Positions 15,067 to 15,232 of a DNA stretch of 15,232 nt are shown here, piece by piece; the stretch's first letter is position 1; each line of letters opens with the position of its first letter. Where the stretch lies: positions 1 to 15,232 of the forward strand of contig JAVKIP010000036.1 of the NCBI GenBank assembly GCA_031459385.1, written 5' to 3'. The notes beneath the pieces were generated by a model. It ran no database searches and had not been told where the DNA came from. It worked only from the letters and a program-made list of their open reading frames with translations. The position numbers were made by a program, and so were the translations under genes. Origin of the DNA: Candidatus Fervidifonticultor secundus (GTDB lineage Bacteria > Sysuimicrobiota > Sysuimicrobiia > Sysuimicrobiales > Humicultoraceae).

Positions 15067-15232
15067 GGGAGCTCTTGACGTCCGTGGTGGCGGCCGGCGG
15101 GGTCGTGCGCAAAGCGACGGTCACCCGCCGGTTCGGGTCGGACGAGGGGGAGGGCTCCTGGTGGGACGAGCAGCCGCCCTCCAGCCCGCTCGGCCTGGCG
15201 CGGCTAGCAGGCCTGGTGTTCGTAGGGCGGGC
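15066..15232 (+). pseudogene. Fragment of an unrelated hypothetical protein fused out of frame to the ATPase
   Basis: Frame with GC-rich third positions: RELLTSVVAAGGVVRKATVTRRFGSDEGEGSWWDEQPPSSPLGLARLAGLVFVGR; the ATPase frame turns G/R-rich here. Confidence 0.45.

Noticed and set aside
1..15232. CRISPR array, tRNA, rRNA or riboswitch
   Set aside because: No regularly spaced repeats or recognisable RNA-gene signatures seen by eye; a covariance-model search was not possible.

Overview
High-GC bacterial window holding a partly decayed copper/redox accessory region. It starts with a broken putative mobile-element gene (Rep_trans-like motif plus winged helix) and ends with a vapBC-type TA pair and a truncated AAA+ ATPase. 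Apparently intact: three cupredoxins (plus one with a single homopolymer frameshift), a DUF881 protein, a DosR/DevR-like response regulator with a Cache-HAMP-GAF-HisKA_3 sensor kinase, DUF420 (CtaM-like), DoxX, an ICMT/PEMT-family membrane methyltransferase, a YHS protein, tatA, DUF4321 and an AbrB antitoxin. Between them lie about a dozen abrupt fusion or deletion junctions. These leave fragments of a fifth cupredoxin, a paralogous two-component system, a Tat-signal protein, a type II GAPDH, a Cu(I) P1B ATPase and tatC. Main highlights: (1) five cupredoxins, the four complete ones each with a different ligand loop and two neighbours both carrying Gln in place of the axial Met; (2) tandem DosR-box-like sites facing a regulator with an almost DosR-identical recognition helix; (3) a second motif, TTAAC-N6-TTAA(C/A), upstream of two other cupredoxins. 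All family calls come from motif recognition by eye, without database searches.
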